From positions 44,578,001 to 44,642,000 of the forward strand of contig NC_043001.1 of assembly GCF_006345805.1 (NCBI RefSeq): 64,000 nucleotides of DNA. Reading direction: 5' to 3'. The notes beneath the pieces were generated by a model. The model was not told the origin of the DNA, did no database searches, and was given only the letters and a program-made list of their open reading frames with translations. The DNA comes from Octopus sinensis (lineage: Eukaryota). Positions within the stretch are counted from its first letter, which is position 1. Each line of letters begins with the position of its first letter. This document shows, in pieces, positions 37,081 through 50,289 of this stretch. Position numbers and translations under genes: made by a program.

Positions 37081-38221
37081 CTTTTTTGTTGCTTTTTTTA
37101 ACTGATTTTCCCACCTTTTAAAGAAGAAATTAACTGAAATTGTGAAAGGTGCTGCTAAAGATGGAATGGGTGGTTCTTATAATGTTTCCACCACATGTGT
37201 TCCCCCTCCCTTCTCAATAGCACCGACCAACATGGCTTTTGATTAGATCTTGCTCTTAGAATCTATAATAATGATACCAGGAAACTTTCACAATAACTAT
37301 ATTTACAAGATTGCTTTCTCAGCTAATGTTTTCTTTTACTTCTTTCCTCCTTTCCTTCTTTCTTCTGTTACATCGAATCAGATTGGTTTCAAATGTAGCG
37401 TGGAACCATCCTTACAACTTTGGCATCCCCTAAACTGTATTTGAGATTTTCTGATGTAATTATGATGTTTTCAGGGGTTTTTGATTATCTGTCTTTTCTG
37501 TTCTTGTTTTTATTATATTTTTAAAATTTTACAGTTATTTACTTGAATTAAGCATGCTTGCGTTCATACTCACATATGTGTGTGTGTGTGAGCATATATA
37601 CGTACATACATGTATATCATCATTAAATGGTGATATATATATACAGGTATGTATGTGTGTGTGTTTCTATGTATATACATATATATATGTTTATATATTT
37701 ACATATACATATATATGCATATGTATATATGTACATATATATATGTATATATAAATACATACACACATACATACATACATACATACATACATACATCATA
37801 CATACATACATGCATACATATATACACACACATGTAAGGACTGTAAAAACATGGTCGTGGCGTCACTGCTGATGTTGTATCATTTGTATTATATCCTCCA
37901 TTGAGTTTCACAGCCACCAACACCACTGCTACTGCCATCACTAAAAGAAGAAAATAAATATAACACCACTATAATCTCCATCATGCTACCTAACACCACT
38001 TCCTTGATTCTGCCACCACTACCACCGCCACCACCACCATGACCCCCCCAACAAGTATTACCTGATTGCTTTCTTTTGATATTGCATTATGTAACTTCAG
38101 ACATGCAGGCGACTGATGATATTGTTTGCTGGTAGTGGTGGATGGGGTGCGGGGTAGCGTTGGTGAATCAAGTGGTGGAGATGGTTGTGGAGAGGGTAGT
38201 AGCAATGGATTTGGTGGTGAT

Positions 38222-38226
38222 GGTGA

Positions 38227-38265
<39 letters not shown>

Positions 38266-38420
38266 AGTAGTAGTAGTAGTAGTGGTGGTGGTGGTGGTGG
38301 TGGTGGTGGTGGTGGTGGTGGTGGTGTGGTGGTGGTGGTGGTAGTAGTAGTAGTAGTGGTGGTGGTTTGTGGTAGCAGTGGTGATGAAGGGATGTCTATA
38401 AGGTGGTGGTGGTGGTGGTG
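38222..38420. repeat. (GTA)n/(GGT)n trinucleotide array
   Basis: Read directly from the sequence. Confidence 0.95.
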
Positions 38421-39025
38421 TGTTCTTTTTGTGCTGTCTATGAGGTGGAGAAGACCATCTTTTTTTTTTATAGTGCTGATGCTGTTTTTAATTTTTTTTT
38501 TAATTTCAGTATTTGTAGTAATGGTGGTGATTGTGTGTTATTGATGTTTATGCTCTCTTATGGGTCGATAAAACAAGCACCAGTTGACCACTGGGGTTCG
38601 ATGTAATCGACTTACTCATCCCCCAAAATTACTGGCCTTGTGCCAAAATTTGAAACCAGTATTATGTTCTGTTGTTGTTGGTGGTGGTGCTGGTGGTAGT
38701 GGCAGGTCTGTCTCTTATCTTCTACTTGTTTCAGTTATTGGACTGCGACCATGCTGAGATACCACCTTAAAACGTTTAGCCAAACAAATCCTATTTTTTA
38801 CTTTTTTTTTGTTCGGTCTGGTCTGATAATTATTCTATCAGCCTTTTTCTAAACCATGAAGTTAGGTGGATGCCGTTGGATGTCAAGCAGTGCATGGGGG
38901 ACAAACACAACTACGCACATGCACACACACACATACGTACATGTGTGTGTGTGTGTGTGTGTGTGTATAAAATACTAGGATGAAGGCTACCAGGCTTTAA
39001 TAATAGGTCACAACATTTGTTTGTG

Positions 39026-39281
39026 CAGAATGTAACGGTAGACGAAATACCTATTTCTTTACTACCCACAAGGGGCTAAACACGGAGAGAACAAACAAAG
39101 ACAGACAAATGGATTAAGTCGATTATATCGATCCCAGTGCGTAACTGGTACTTATTTAATCGACCCCAAAGGATGAAAGGCAAAGTCGACCTCAGTGGAA
39201 TTTGAACTCAGAACGTAACAGTAGATGAAATACCACTAAGCATTTTGCCTGGCGTACTAACATTTTTGCCAGCTCGCCACC
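39026..39281 (-). mobile_element. SINE family B followed by a re-started head fragment
   Basis: Full copy at 39052-39281, then ggtatttcgtctaccgttacattctg directly after the aaagaaata tail. Confidence 0.85.
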
Positions 39282-40890
39282 TGTTCACACTGTTTCTATC
39301 AACCAAATTCACTCACAAGGTGTTTGTTGGCCTGGGACTATGACAGAAGACACTTGCCCAAGGTGTTGTTCAGCGAGACTGAACCTGAAACCGCATGGCT
39401 GCAAAGCAAACTTCTTACCACACAACCATGCCCGAAAGACATTCCATCCATGGCCATCCCATTTTCGTTGCTATGTGCAATGAACTCAAAACTACATTAT
39501 CCAACATGCTCTTTTCCTGAAGCAAAAGGATGACATTTAGGTGCTATCTCTTGCTGGTCGAGTAATCCTATGGAAACTCTGGTAGCAATGATGGTGGCAT
39601 TTTGATGGCAGTATTGGTAGGAGTGGTTGTGGTGATGGTTTTTTTTATAGTGGTGGTTGAGACAGTGTTGGTGGTGTGGTGTTTGATCTTGGGCGCATGG
39701 AGAGGAAGTTCGGTATTGATGATTAGACTAATGTTAGTGTTGTTAGTGTAAGTGGTGGTGGTATCTATTGTGTTGGATGTTGTGTTTGTGTAACACTAGT
39801 GTGAAAACTAATGAGGTGGCGGGGGTTGCATATGGTAAGCAGAAGCACACGCAGGGATAGGGGTGAGATAGAAGGTAGTAGTGGTTGTGATGTTGGTAGT
39901 GAGGAAGTATGTGTGTGTGTGTAGAAGGGTGTGAAGGTGGGGAGTGTGGTGGAAGGGGGCAAAAATCCCCTCTCTCCCCTGCTCCCTTGCCCTTTCATGA
40001 ATCATGAAAATAAATATACATATATATAATTTAAAATAGACTGTTGTGTAACAGATAGGAAACAAAAGCCAGCTGTCTTTTTTATTGTTTATTACACTCA
40101 TCATTGTCATCACCATCATCATCATTATCATTGTTACCATCGTCATCATTATAATCATCAATGTCATTGTTCCTGCTAGTCATCATTGCCGCTGCCACCA
40201 CCAACAAAAACATCATAACTGCTATCATTATTATCAGTATCACCATTATCACCATGAATACTATGACAACTACCATCATCATTGTCATCATCACCATCAT
40301 TGTCATAAGCATAACCACCACACATAAGAAGACTTACCCACTCTTCCTCACCAAATGAAGGGTATGGGTCAGTCTTCAGATCTTCATTATAGACTCAGCT
40401 GATAGAAAGATAGTTCAGGTCTGTCCCCCACTTACAATAACAGCTGTTCAACATGGCCCCACAAATCAGTAATGCACAGACACTGAACTTAATATAAGGT
40501 CATCTTTCAAATATTTCAGATTGGTTTGGCTACTGGTGGTTTCATTATGGTCATGTCTGTAGAGTAATGCCCCATGCAAGTAATATCCCAGTGTTGTAGC
40601 ATAAGACAAAGAATTTTTGAAAATTGTCCATAATCCAAAACCTGAACATACTCCAGAAGCAAATACATAGACCGTCCCTGTCAGTACCTAGAATTATTCC
40701 CTGGCCATTGTCACTCATTGTCTTCATTAATCCACTATAAAATGCAACAGTTGACATTCCTGTAACTTCATTGTTTAGCTGTAGAGTGCAGTGAGCCTCT
40801 TGCAATATTCCAGATGCCAATCTGTATTTGACCAAGAATTGTGGCTCAATCAAAGAGATCAACCATGGAAAGACCTGCTCATTATTATCA

Positions 40891-41275
40891 TGGCACGTAA
40901 AAAGCACCCACTACACTCATGGAGTGGTTGGCGTTAGGAAGGGCATCCAGCCATAGAAACATTGCCAGATCAGACTGGGCCTGGTGCAGCCTTCTGGCTT
41001 CCCAGACCCCAGTTGAACTGTCTAACCCATGCCAGCATGGAAAGAGGACGCTAAACGATGATGATGATGGTGTCACGTAAAAAGCACTCAGTCCACTCTG
41101 TGGAGTGGTTTGTGTTAGGAAGGGCATCCAGCCGTAAAAACCATACCAAGACAGACAGCAAAGCATGGTACAGCCTTCTGCCTAACCAGTTCCTGTCAAA
41201 CTGTCCAACCCTTGTCAGCATGGAAAGCAGACGTTAAATGATGATGATGATGATGGCGACGATGACGATGATGAT
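40891..41275 (+). mobile_element. Two head-to-tail RTE 3'-end copies
   Basis: Both begin at (g)tg(g/t)cacgtaaaaagcac and end in (GAT)n; 40891-41068 and 41069-41275. Confidence 0.85.
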
Positions 41276-41839
41276 AAATCTCTGCAAATGTTGTAGCCTC
41301 AGTACATCCCTGTACATCATCAATTATGGCATCCCAAGATTTACCTGGAGTTAGTATTGGCAACAGAATGAGTTTGTAGAATGTGTGTGTGTAGGAACAC
41401 TAGCATTTAAAAAATGGACAGTACTCTTATGTAACTTGCACCCACTATGTGCCTTTGTATGTCTTGCAGCAGCACACCATCTCAAACACATTGACAGTTC
41501 TCACTTATTGCAGGTCAATAAGTATTCAAAAATTATTTGGTAATTTCACTTCTTATAGAAGTTTGTTGTGCCTTTTTGCAACTAGTAAAGTTGAGCCAGC
41601 AGTAGTTAAGTGCCTTAAGTATGGTTGAACACAGCACAGTACTTACTGATGGTGGAATTATTTGTACTAATGATTGTTTGAGTTGTAAACACAGTTTATT
41701 TGGTGTTGTGAATCAATTTCTAGAAAACAACAAAACATCCACTGATGGTGGGGTTCTATATTGTTTGTAGAGTAAATTTTATTTGTCATTTTTTGTTCAT
41801 TTGGACTTCATACATACCTACAGATATACACAGTCAATG

Positions 41840-42021
41840 TGTATGTGTGTGTGTGTGTATGTATGTATATGTATGTGTGTGTATATATATATACACACAC
41901 ATGTGTATATGTATATGGATGTATATATGTGTGTGTGTCTGTATGTATGTGTATATGTATATATGTATGAATGTGTATATACATATATATGTGTGTGTGT
42001 ATATATATGTGTGTGTGTATG

Positions 42022-42055
<34 letters not shown>

Positions 42056-42068
42056 ATATATTTATTTA

Positions 42069-42099
<31 letters not shown>

Positions 42100-42133
42100 T
42101 TATTTATTTATATATATATATTATTTATATATT

Positions 42134-42170
<37 letters not shown>

Positions 42171-42204
42171 TTATTTATATTTATTTATTTATATATATAT
42201 ATAT
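41840..42204. repeat. Compound (TG)/(TA)/(TATT) microsatellite
   Basis: Read directly from the sequence. Confidence 0.95.
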
Positions 42205-42578
42205 GGGTGCAAGCATGGCTATGTTGTGAAATGTTTGCTTTCCAACCTCATGGTTCTGGGTTCAGTCTTCTACTATAGCCTCAGGCTGACCAAAGCTTTG
42301 TGAGTGGATTTGGTAGTCAGAAACTGAAAGAAGCCCATCGTATATATGTGTGTGTCTTTGTGTCTGTGTTTCTCCCCCACCCTCACCATTACCACCACTG
42401 TTTGACAACCAGTGTTGGTGTGCTTACATCCTTGTAATCTAGTGGTTCGGCAAAAGAGACCAATAGAATAAGTACTAGGCATACAAAAATAAGTTCTGAG
42501 GTTGATTTGTTTGACTAAAAAACCCTTCAAGGCAGTGCTCCAGTATGGCCAAAATCAAATGACTGAAACAAGTAAAAG
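42205..42578 (+). mobile_element. SINE family A1 with a CORE deletion
   Basis: Head jumps from gggttcagtc to ttctactatagcc; normal body and tail. Confidence 0.8.
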
Positions 42579-45500
42579 TATATATATATATATATATATG
42601 TGTGTGTATATAAAGACTATTTTCTTATGTTTATACATGTGAGTGATGTGTGTAACTAATTATTTGTGTTTGTAGCTATCTTTATATCTATCTACCTGTC
42701 TGTCTGTCTATCTGTCTATCTAGCTAGCTATGTATTTAACTGTCTGTTTGTCTATATATATATATCTAACTGTATATCTATATGACTAGCTATCTATCAG
42801 TCTGTTTACCATTTTCTCCCCCCACCCCGTTATCTAACTAACTATCTGTGTTTGTATCTATAATGGGAAATGTCAAATGTGCCAAATTTGCGTTAAGACT
42901 GAGACATAGAAAACACATTTAACAGCTGTCCCAAAATGTCAGAATGGTGTTAGCTTCCTTTGAGGCATGATGTTATTGCCAAAGAGAAACAAACAATGTA
43001 CAGTGCCATTTTGGATTCATTACCAGAATGGGATAGTCTTTAGAATTAGCTCTTCCAAATTCAAACAGAGTCAGAGAATCAATATACACACAGGAATTAT
43101 TTTTGAAAACAAAAGAAAAGAAAAAGAAAGAAAGAAAATATGAGAAAATGCAAACAACAATATCTGACAGGGAAAATGGATCTTGATCGTCTGGTTGTTA
43201 TCATTCTTGGTGCTTAGCCCCAAGTCAGCCCTGATCCTGCAGGTGTATTGTCAAAGATATTCCAGTTGAGATTTCTCTATCTGTTTAACAGTATTTCGGA
43301 TCACAGTATTTAATGTCTTAACTCTTTTTTCCTTAAAGACAATGATATGTGTGGTTTGAAGGAGATTTAACTGTTATTTCTAGCAACTCAAATGACAATA
43401 TACGTATTTACTTGTTGGGTTGTGGGTGTTCAGTTTATAAGGTATATGAATTCTTTGTTTTATTTAGTCTTGAGAAATTCCCTTTCTAAATCCAAACATT
43501 GTTAGTGAATCAAACAATATTTTTCTGTAAATAACAAGGAAAGAAAATGAGACTTTTAAAATACATTAATACTGTTGTTTTATTTTGACGGTCTTCTAAA
43601 TCCAAAAGCAATCCAAATTATGTTTCTTTAAAAAAAACACAAATATCCATTTAACATTACTAGCATCAATTTGATGTAGCACATCAGCCCTACATCTCAA
43701 ACTCCCTACAATGTACAATACCACTTTTCAGTGAAAGTTTTAGCAACTTTCATAAAAATTCATAATCCTTTCATAAAAATACTTAACTTTGACAAGAAAA
43801 TATTTTTTGTGAAATTGATAAAAGTTCCTATCTACTGGTTCTTCGGGAAAATTTTGCAAAACAAGACAGTTTTCACACCCTAGAATGTATATTTTAGGAA
43901 ATAACCCTCAGCATTGTTGAAGTAATTTTAGTCAAATGAATCAACCTCAGTACTTCTTTTTTTTTAAGCCTGGAGCTTGTGGTGGGCTCTAGAAAAGTGG
44001 ATTGGTTGAATTATTAGTGTGTAGTACAGAATGTCTTGCAGTATATTTATTTGTTCTATCTCTTTGCATTCCAAGTTTACCTGTGATGACACTGGTGCTA
44101 TGTTGTATCAACCCTTTCCTTTTTCCTTTGGGCAACCTCATGCATGGCTTTGGGTAACTACTGTTCTTCCACAAACGTTTTGCTCAAACCTTCTCCCTGA
44201 GGAGGTGCAATTTAGGGGCAGATGCATGGTCAGCCCTGACTGATCAATAGAAGCCTTAGATGTTATATAACAGAGAAGAAGTACATATTGACAATCACTT
44301 ACTTTTCAAACATTTTTTTTTTCTTTTATATAGTCAGTCTTTAGAAATAGTTTGTTAACTCCATACAAATGGCAAAGGAAAACACACATTGGGACTGCTT
44401 GCTCTTTAAAGCATCAGTACTTGGTCGGAGAAATAAAAGCTGTTGACATTTGGAGTTCAAAAAAATAAATTATTGTTTCATATATACATATATATAGTAA
44501 TTAGAAATAGCCTTTCAAAGTCAAGCAATTCTAATGGATCAAAATATACATAGAATTAATTTTTGTTTAAATATCAACATACCAAACAAGATCAATGGAT
44601 GTAACATTTCTCATACTGTATTTTTTTTAAACTTGTTTGCTATGCTTGCATTAAAAGTTTTAAAATTAGTTTCATGTCATTAGGGTGTTTTGTTTTTTTT
44701 TTTGTTTTTTTCATCTATGCAGATATTGTTATCTAGTTCCAAGATACATCTCATGGAATCACTGGGGTGCATCATCAGTGATGTTTGTTGGGTTTCAAGG
44801 GGTTTTGGGTCTTTCAACATCAGACTTCCTCATCCAGTTGACTTAACAGGAGTTAATCAAGTCTTAGCTTGTATCAAGAGTAGCAACAAACCTCTAGTCT
44901 GTCCTCTTCAACCAAAGCCCTCTCTGGTGCTTTGGTGATGCAATTTATGACCCTCCTCTTTATTGCATCAGTAACTCCAAGCCCTGTTTTCTATCTTTTC
45001 TTTTAGATGGAAGAATGCAATTTGAGGGTTGTTTGGCTGCTCTTTCTGAGTGGTTGTATAGTGCATCCATCACTGACTCATATACAATGTATGTGTGTTT
45101 GTGTGCGTGTGTGGCTATATAGTTAACAAGTTCATTTTACAATCATAGTTTCCAGTTCAATTCCATTGTGTGGCACCCGGACAAGCATCCTTTATTTTAG
45201 CCTCAGGTCAACTATAACCTTATGAGTGAATTTGTGGAAAAGAAACTTTGTGTTCGTGTGTGTAGGTAGTTAGATGAGAGAGAGAGAGTCAAGGATGTAA
45301 GGGGTGGGGATAGCAAATGTAAGCTTAGCAGGGTACAATTATTGCAGTCTCTGAACACTACCCTTGATTCAGAGTACATGCTGTAGTGGGTGTAGAAGTC
45401 TTTTGCAGCATCACGTATCACTAACCAGTACAGTTTGTTCCTATCTCCTTCCTCAGACAAATTCCGGGTTGTTGTTGTGATGACTGTTTCATTAGAAGCC

Positions 45501-45871
45501 CTGTGCATTGCCGCAATTAAAGTTGATGTTATTCTGATACTTTCCTGGTGTTGTTCTATTGGTCCAGTATATTTAGACTAGCAGGATTAACTACAATGGA
45601 AGAGATATAGGACATCATGTGTTGTGCCACTGAAACCTAGACTTATGTTGATGGCATCTGAATCTATTCATTTGCTATACTCATATAATATGGTCCAAAA
45701 TCCAGAGCTGAATTGTGCCAGTGTATACCTTGTTTTGGTAAGCCTTCTTCTGCTTTATTGATCACAACTTGCTTTATTGATGGGTAGTCACCCAGTAGGA
45801 TTTGAGGTTGGTAACCTCAAATTACACAAAACAGGGAAATTTTTTCACTGTTATCATTTAGTTTTCAGTTA

Positions 45872-46165
45872 TCTTTTACTTGTTTCAGTCATTAGACTTG
45901 TGGCAATGCTGGAGCACCAACTTGAAGTAATTTTAGTCAAATGAATCGACCTTAGTACTTCTTTTTTTTTTAAGCCTGGTACTTATTCTATCAGGCTCTT
46001 TTGCCCAACTGCTAAGTTACCAGGATGTAAACACACCAACACTGGTTATTAAATGGTGACACTCACAAGGCTTTGGTCAGCCTGAGGCTATAGTAGAAGA
46101 CACTTGCCTAAGGTGTCATGCAACGGGACTGAATCCAAAACCATGTGGCTGGGAAGCAAACTTCT
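45872..46165 (-). mobile_element. SINE family A1 with an internal deletion
   Basis: Tail cttttacttgtttcagtc; head gacacttgcctaaggtgtcatgc...ccacacagcc. Confidence 0.8.
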
Positions 46166-48325
46166 AACCACACAGCCATGCCTGTGTCTTGTTGACAAAT
46201 TTCTAAATTGCACAAGTTTTCCATTGAATTTCATGGATAGTGTTGGTTTATTTTACCATTTAGAATCTAAATTAGAAAATAATGGGTGTTATGATTAACT
46301 TCTTTGGTACAGATAATTTCATTGTCAGCATCCTCTTTGACATCCATTCTCATCATCATCATCTTTATATACTAACAGTATAAACATTGGTAACATTGCA
46401 ACCTCCAGCACCATCACTACCATCACCTACACCAACACCACCATGATCTCTGCTGTAACTGCCACAATAACAGCCAATACTACAATAGCTTTCATCATCA
46501 TTACCACCACCAATACACACCAATACCACCATCATTCAGCCATTTCATTACAATAAACAAAAATTAAAGAATGAAATAGAAATGATTAAAAGAAAAGAAA
46601 AATCTCCAAGGAAAATGTTGTACATTCTGCGGATTCCTTGTTTCCTAATTAATTAACATCTTTTGCCTCTAACGATGTCTTGTTATATCACTGACTTGAA
46701 CGGCTCAACAGCTCCATCAGTGGCGTCAGCTGGTCGGCATTTAGATGCGTACACACACTTTTAGACATTGTGTGTGTGTATACATATATGTGTGCGCACA
46801 CACACACACACACACACACATTGTCTATAACACCCTTCTTTTTCTTCTTCATCTTCTCTTCCTCCTCCTGTCATCATCATCATTGCTATTTATAAGTTTG
46901 ATTGGATGGATGGTAGAATAGTTTCATCACTTACTGATCTGGAGTTCAAATTCCAAGTTAGGTGTTACCATTATGCCAGTGTAAGAAATTGTTCATGATA
47001 CTATTGTTGTTTGTTTAGCCACATCCATTTATTTATTCTTTCTCATCTAAATTTAGAATACCCAAACTATATCATCCCATGTGCCTTTTTTTTTAACATA
47101 GTAGGGTACAATATAAAGAAGATTTGGTTGCTATTTCTAGAAAATTGAGCAACCACATAGAGACTCTTTTGTTGGCTTGCTACTGCTGCTGTTTTGTCTG
47201 CTACATCAGTTTTATGTGTCTTGGAAACAAACATTAGCTTATCATATTTCCTAAAAAAGGTCACATGGATCATCACCTCCTCCACCTCATCCCCCACTTC
47301 TTCAAGAAATGTGTTGAGTTAAATAACAAATTAGTTGGTTTTTTTATTTGTTGTATTTTTTAATGAGTGTCCTCATTAAGTTATGATGACTGACATCTCA
47401 TTTGTCAGTGTCTTCATATTCTAGAAGAAACAAATCTGGTTTAATCCTAATACCCTGACCCCAACCTTCCACATTTTCAGCTATGGAATCTTAGAAGTAT
47501 TCAACTAGAATTATTTGTTGTCAGAGATGTGGTACAAAGAGTTGAAGAAGATCTAGCTTTCTTCAACACAAAATATCATCATCATCATCATCCTCCTCAT
47601 CATCATTATCATTTAACATCTGTTTTCCATGCTTGCATGGGTTGTGAGTTTGACAGGATCCTGTGGGTTGCAAGGCTGTACCGAGTTCCAGTGTAAGCTT
47701 TAACATAGTTTCTATTATTGGATGTCCTTCCTAATGTCAGTCACATTACAATGTGTACAGGGTGTTGTTTTTGTGTCACTGGCCCTAATGAGGTTGCTGA
47801 GATTGCTTGCCAGACAGAAAATGAACAAGGAAAGAGCTCCCACTACCAAGTGGAGGGAGGGACTATTTGTGAGAGGAAGGTGGTTTTATGCCAGGCATTG
47901 ACAAGCTGAAATATGATAGAAGGACAAGCTTGAATCTCTTGCTATAAAGGGGAGATACATGGCTACCCTGCTTTGTATATAGGGTTAAAAAAAAGTTACT
48001 TTCTCAAGTCATACCATCTCATAAGGGCTGGTTTCCTGGCATATATATTCCCCACTTGGATGGGGCAATGGTCCGTGACAGGATTACTCATTTTTGCCAG
48101 CTGAGTGGGCTGGAGCAACATGAAATGAAGTGTTTGGCTCAAGAACACATGCTGCCCAGTCCAGAAATCAAAACCACGATCTTACGATCTTGAGTCCAAC
48201 ACCCCAACCACTAAGCCACGACACACCTCCACTGTATATAGGGGTAGATGAGTAGTTGAGAAGGAAATAAAAGAAGGTTGTGATGGAATGCCAGAGCAAA
48301 CTCTTACTGCTAGTAATAACCAAAC

Positions 48326-48492
48326 TGGCACGTAAAAGCACCCACTACACTCTCGGAGTGGTTGGCATTAGGAAGGGCATCCAGCTGTAGAAACTCTGCC
48401 AGATCAGATTGGAGACTGGTTCGCCAGACCTCAGTCAAATCGTCCAACCCATGCTAGCATGGAAAGCGGACGTCGAATGATGATGACGATGT
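48326..48492 (+). mobile_element. RTE 3'-end copy
   Basis: tggcacgtaaaagcacccactacactctcggagtggttggcattaggaagggcatcc...ggaaagcggacgtcgaatgatgatg. Confidence 0.9.
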
Positions 48493-49202
48493 TTCCGATT
48501 TAGGAACAAAACCAGTAATTTTGATAAGAGAGGTAGTAGTTGATACCATTAACTCCAGTACTTGACTGGTACTTTATTTCTCTGACCCTGGAGGGCTGAA
48601 AGGCAAAGTTGGTGTCAGTTTATAACATTGACACAAAGCCATGAATTTTGGGAGCGGGTATAGTTAATTTAATCAGTCCCAGTAGTCAACTAGTACTTTA
48701 TTGGTCTTTGGATGAATGAATGACAAAGTTAACTAATGAAAGGTATCTATTCTGGTGCTCTGCCATTTCTATCATATTAATAATAATAGGTAGAAGGCAC
48801 ATAGCCTAGCCATTAAATATGTTGCACTCCGGATTGTGAGATAGTGGTTTCAATTCCCAGACTGACTGTGTGTTGTTTTTCAGCAAAACACTTCATTTTG
48901 TGTTGCTCCAATCCATTCCTCTGTAAATGGGTGACCCTGTGATGGACTAGCCTTGCGATTTATATATATATAACCTAAAGGGCTCGAATGTGAATGACCA
49001 GAGAAGAAAATTTTTAAAAAAAAGGAAATAGTTGTGGGATAAAAATATAAGTAATTATAAAAATCTAACTAAAAGGTTAAGTGAATATGTTACAAAGATA
49101 ATGAGAGTTAAAAATGTTAAAGAGTACTAAATGAAGGGAGTTCAGTAATGTCAACAAATTTATATATATATATGTATATACACACACACATACATATATA
49201 TT

Positions 49203-49243
<41 letters not shown>

Positions 49244-49777
49244 TAGATACATACATGCATATAATCAGTATTTTGATGTTCACTTTTCTTTGTTCAAACA
49301 GAAATGGTTGAATCATATTTTCTAGGGCCAAATGCTCTTCTTGTTCCCAAGTTGCCAACCCTCAACTGTTTCCAAGTAAAGTAATATTTCCCCATGACTA
49401 GACATGTTTTCACGGCAACCTGGAAATGAAGGAGACTGCTTACATGATGATAATATTTGTTTACAGCTATCGTGCAATGTCAAGGCAAAGACGCAGTAAC
49501 ATGCACAAGCACACAAACATACACATACTCACCCATACACATATATATATAAGACAAGCTTCTTTCAGTTCTTTTAACAAGGCTTTTATTTATAAGTGTG
49601 GGGCTATAGTAGAAGACACTTGCCCAAGGTGTCACATAGTGGGACTGAGCCTGAAACTGTGTTGTTGGGATGCAAACTTCTCCCTACACAGCCATGGCTC
49701 CATGTGTGTGTGTTTGTATGTGTGCTTGTACATGCGCACACACATAACCACAAGTGTCTATACACATTTACAGATCT

Positions 49778-50162
49778 AGTGGCTGTGTGGTAAGTAGCTT
49801 GTTTACCAACCCCATGGTTCCAGGTTCAGTCCCACTGTGTGGCACCTTGGGCAAGTGTCTTCTACTATAGCCTCGGGCCGACCAAAGCCTGTGAGTGGAT
49901 TTGGTAGACGGAAACTGAAAGAAGCCCGTCGTATATATGTATATATATATATGTGTGTGTGTCTGTGTTTGTCCCCCTAGCATTGCTTGACAACCGATGC
50001 TAGTGTGTTTATGTTCCCGTTACTTAGCAGTTCGGCAAAAGAGACCGATAGAATAAATACTGGGCTTACAAAAGAATAAGTCCCAGGGTCGAGTTGCTCG
50101 ATTAAAGGCAGTGCTCCAGCATGGCCACAGTCAAATGACTGAAACAAGTAAAAAAAAAAGAG
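49778..50162 (+). mobile_element. SINE family A1, young copy
   Basis: Near-consensus full structure. Confidence 0.9.
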
Positions 50163-50289
50163 TATAATAGAACATATGCACTTGCATGCATTAATTAGTC
50201 AAATAAATAAAGAGGCTTCAGGATTCGAAGGGAGAAGGTAATGGAGTTGTGATAGAAAGTGTAGGTGAATGTTTAATGTAAATCCATTC

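Noticed and set aside
37120-37250. Short open frame KKLTEIVKGAAKDGMGGSYNVSTTCVPPPF after a possible acceptor
   Set aside because: Unrecognised peptide of about 40 codons, which is expected by chance; needs RNA-seq.
40551-40907. 118-aa minus ORF, with an alternative frame LLEYVQVLD resembling CR1
   Set aside because: A single weak motif; it starts inside an RTE-tail insertion.
44690-44938. Strong-looking acceptor (poly-T...GCAG) plus an 82-aa frame
   Set aside because: No donor, no recognisable protein similarity, and no partner exons found.
45212-45580. Open minus frame ...NKLYWLVIRDAAKDFYTHYSMYSE...
   Set aside because: No domain recognised, and it runs into low-complexity or SINE sequence.
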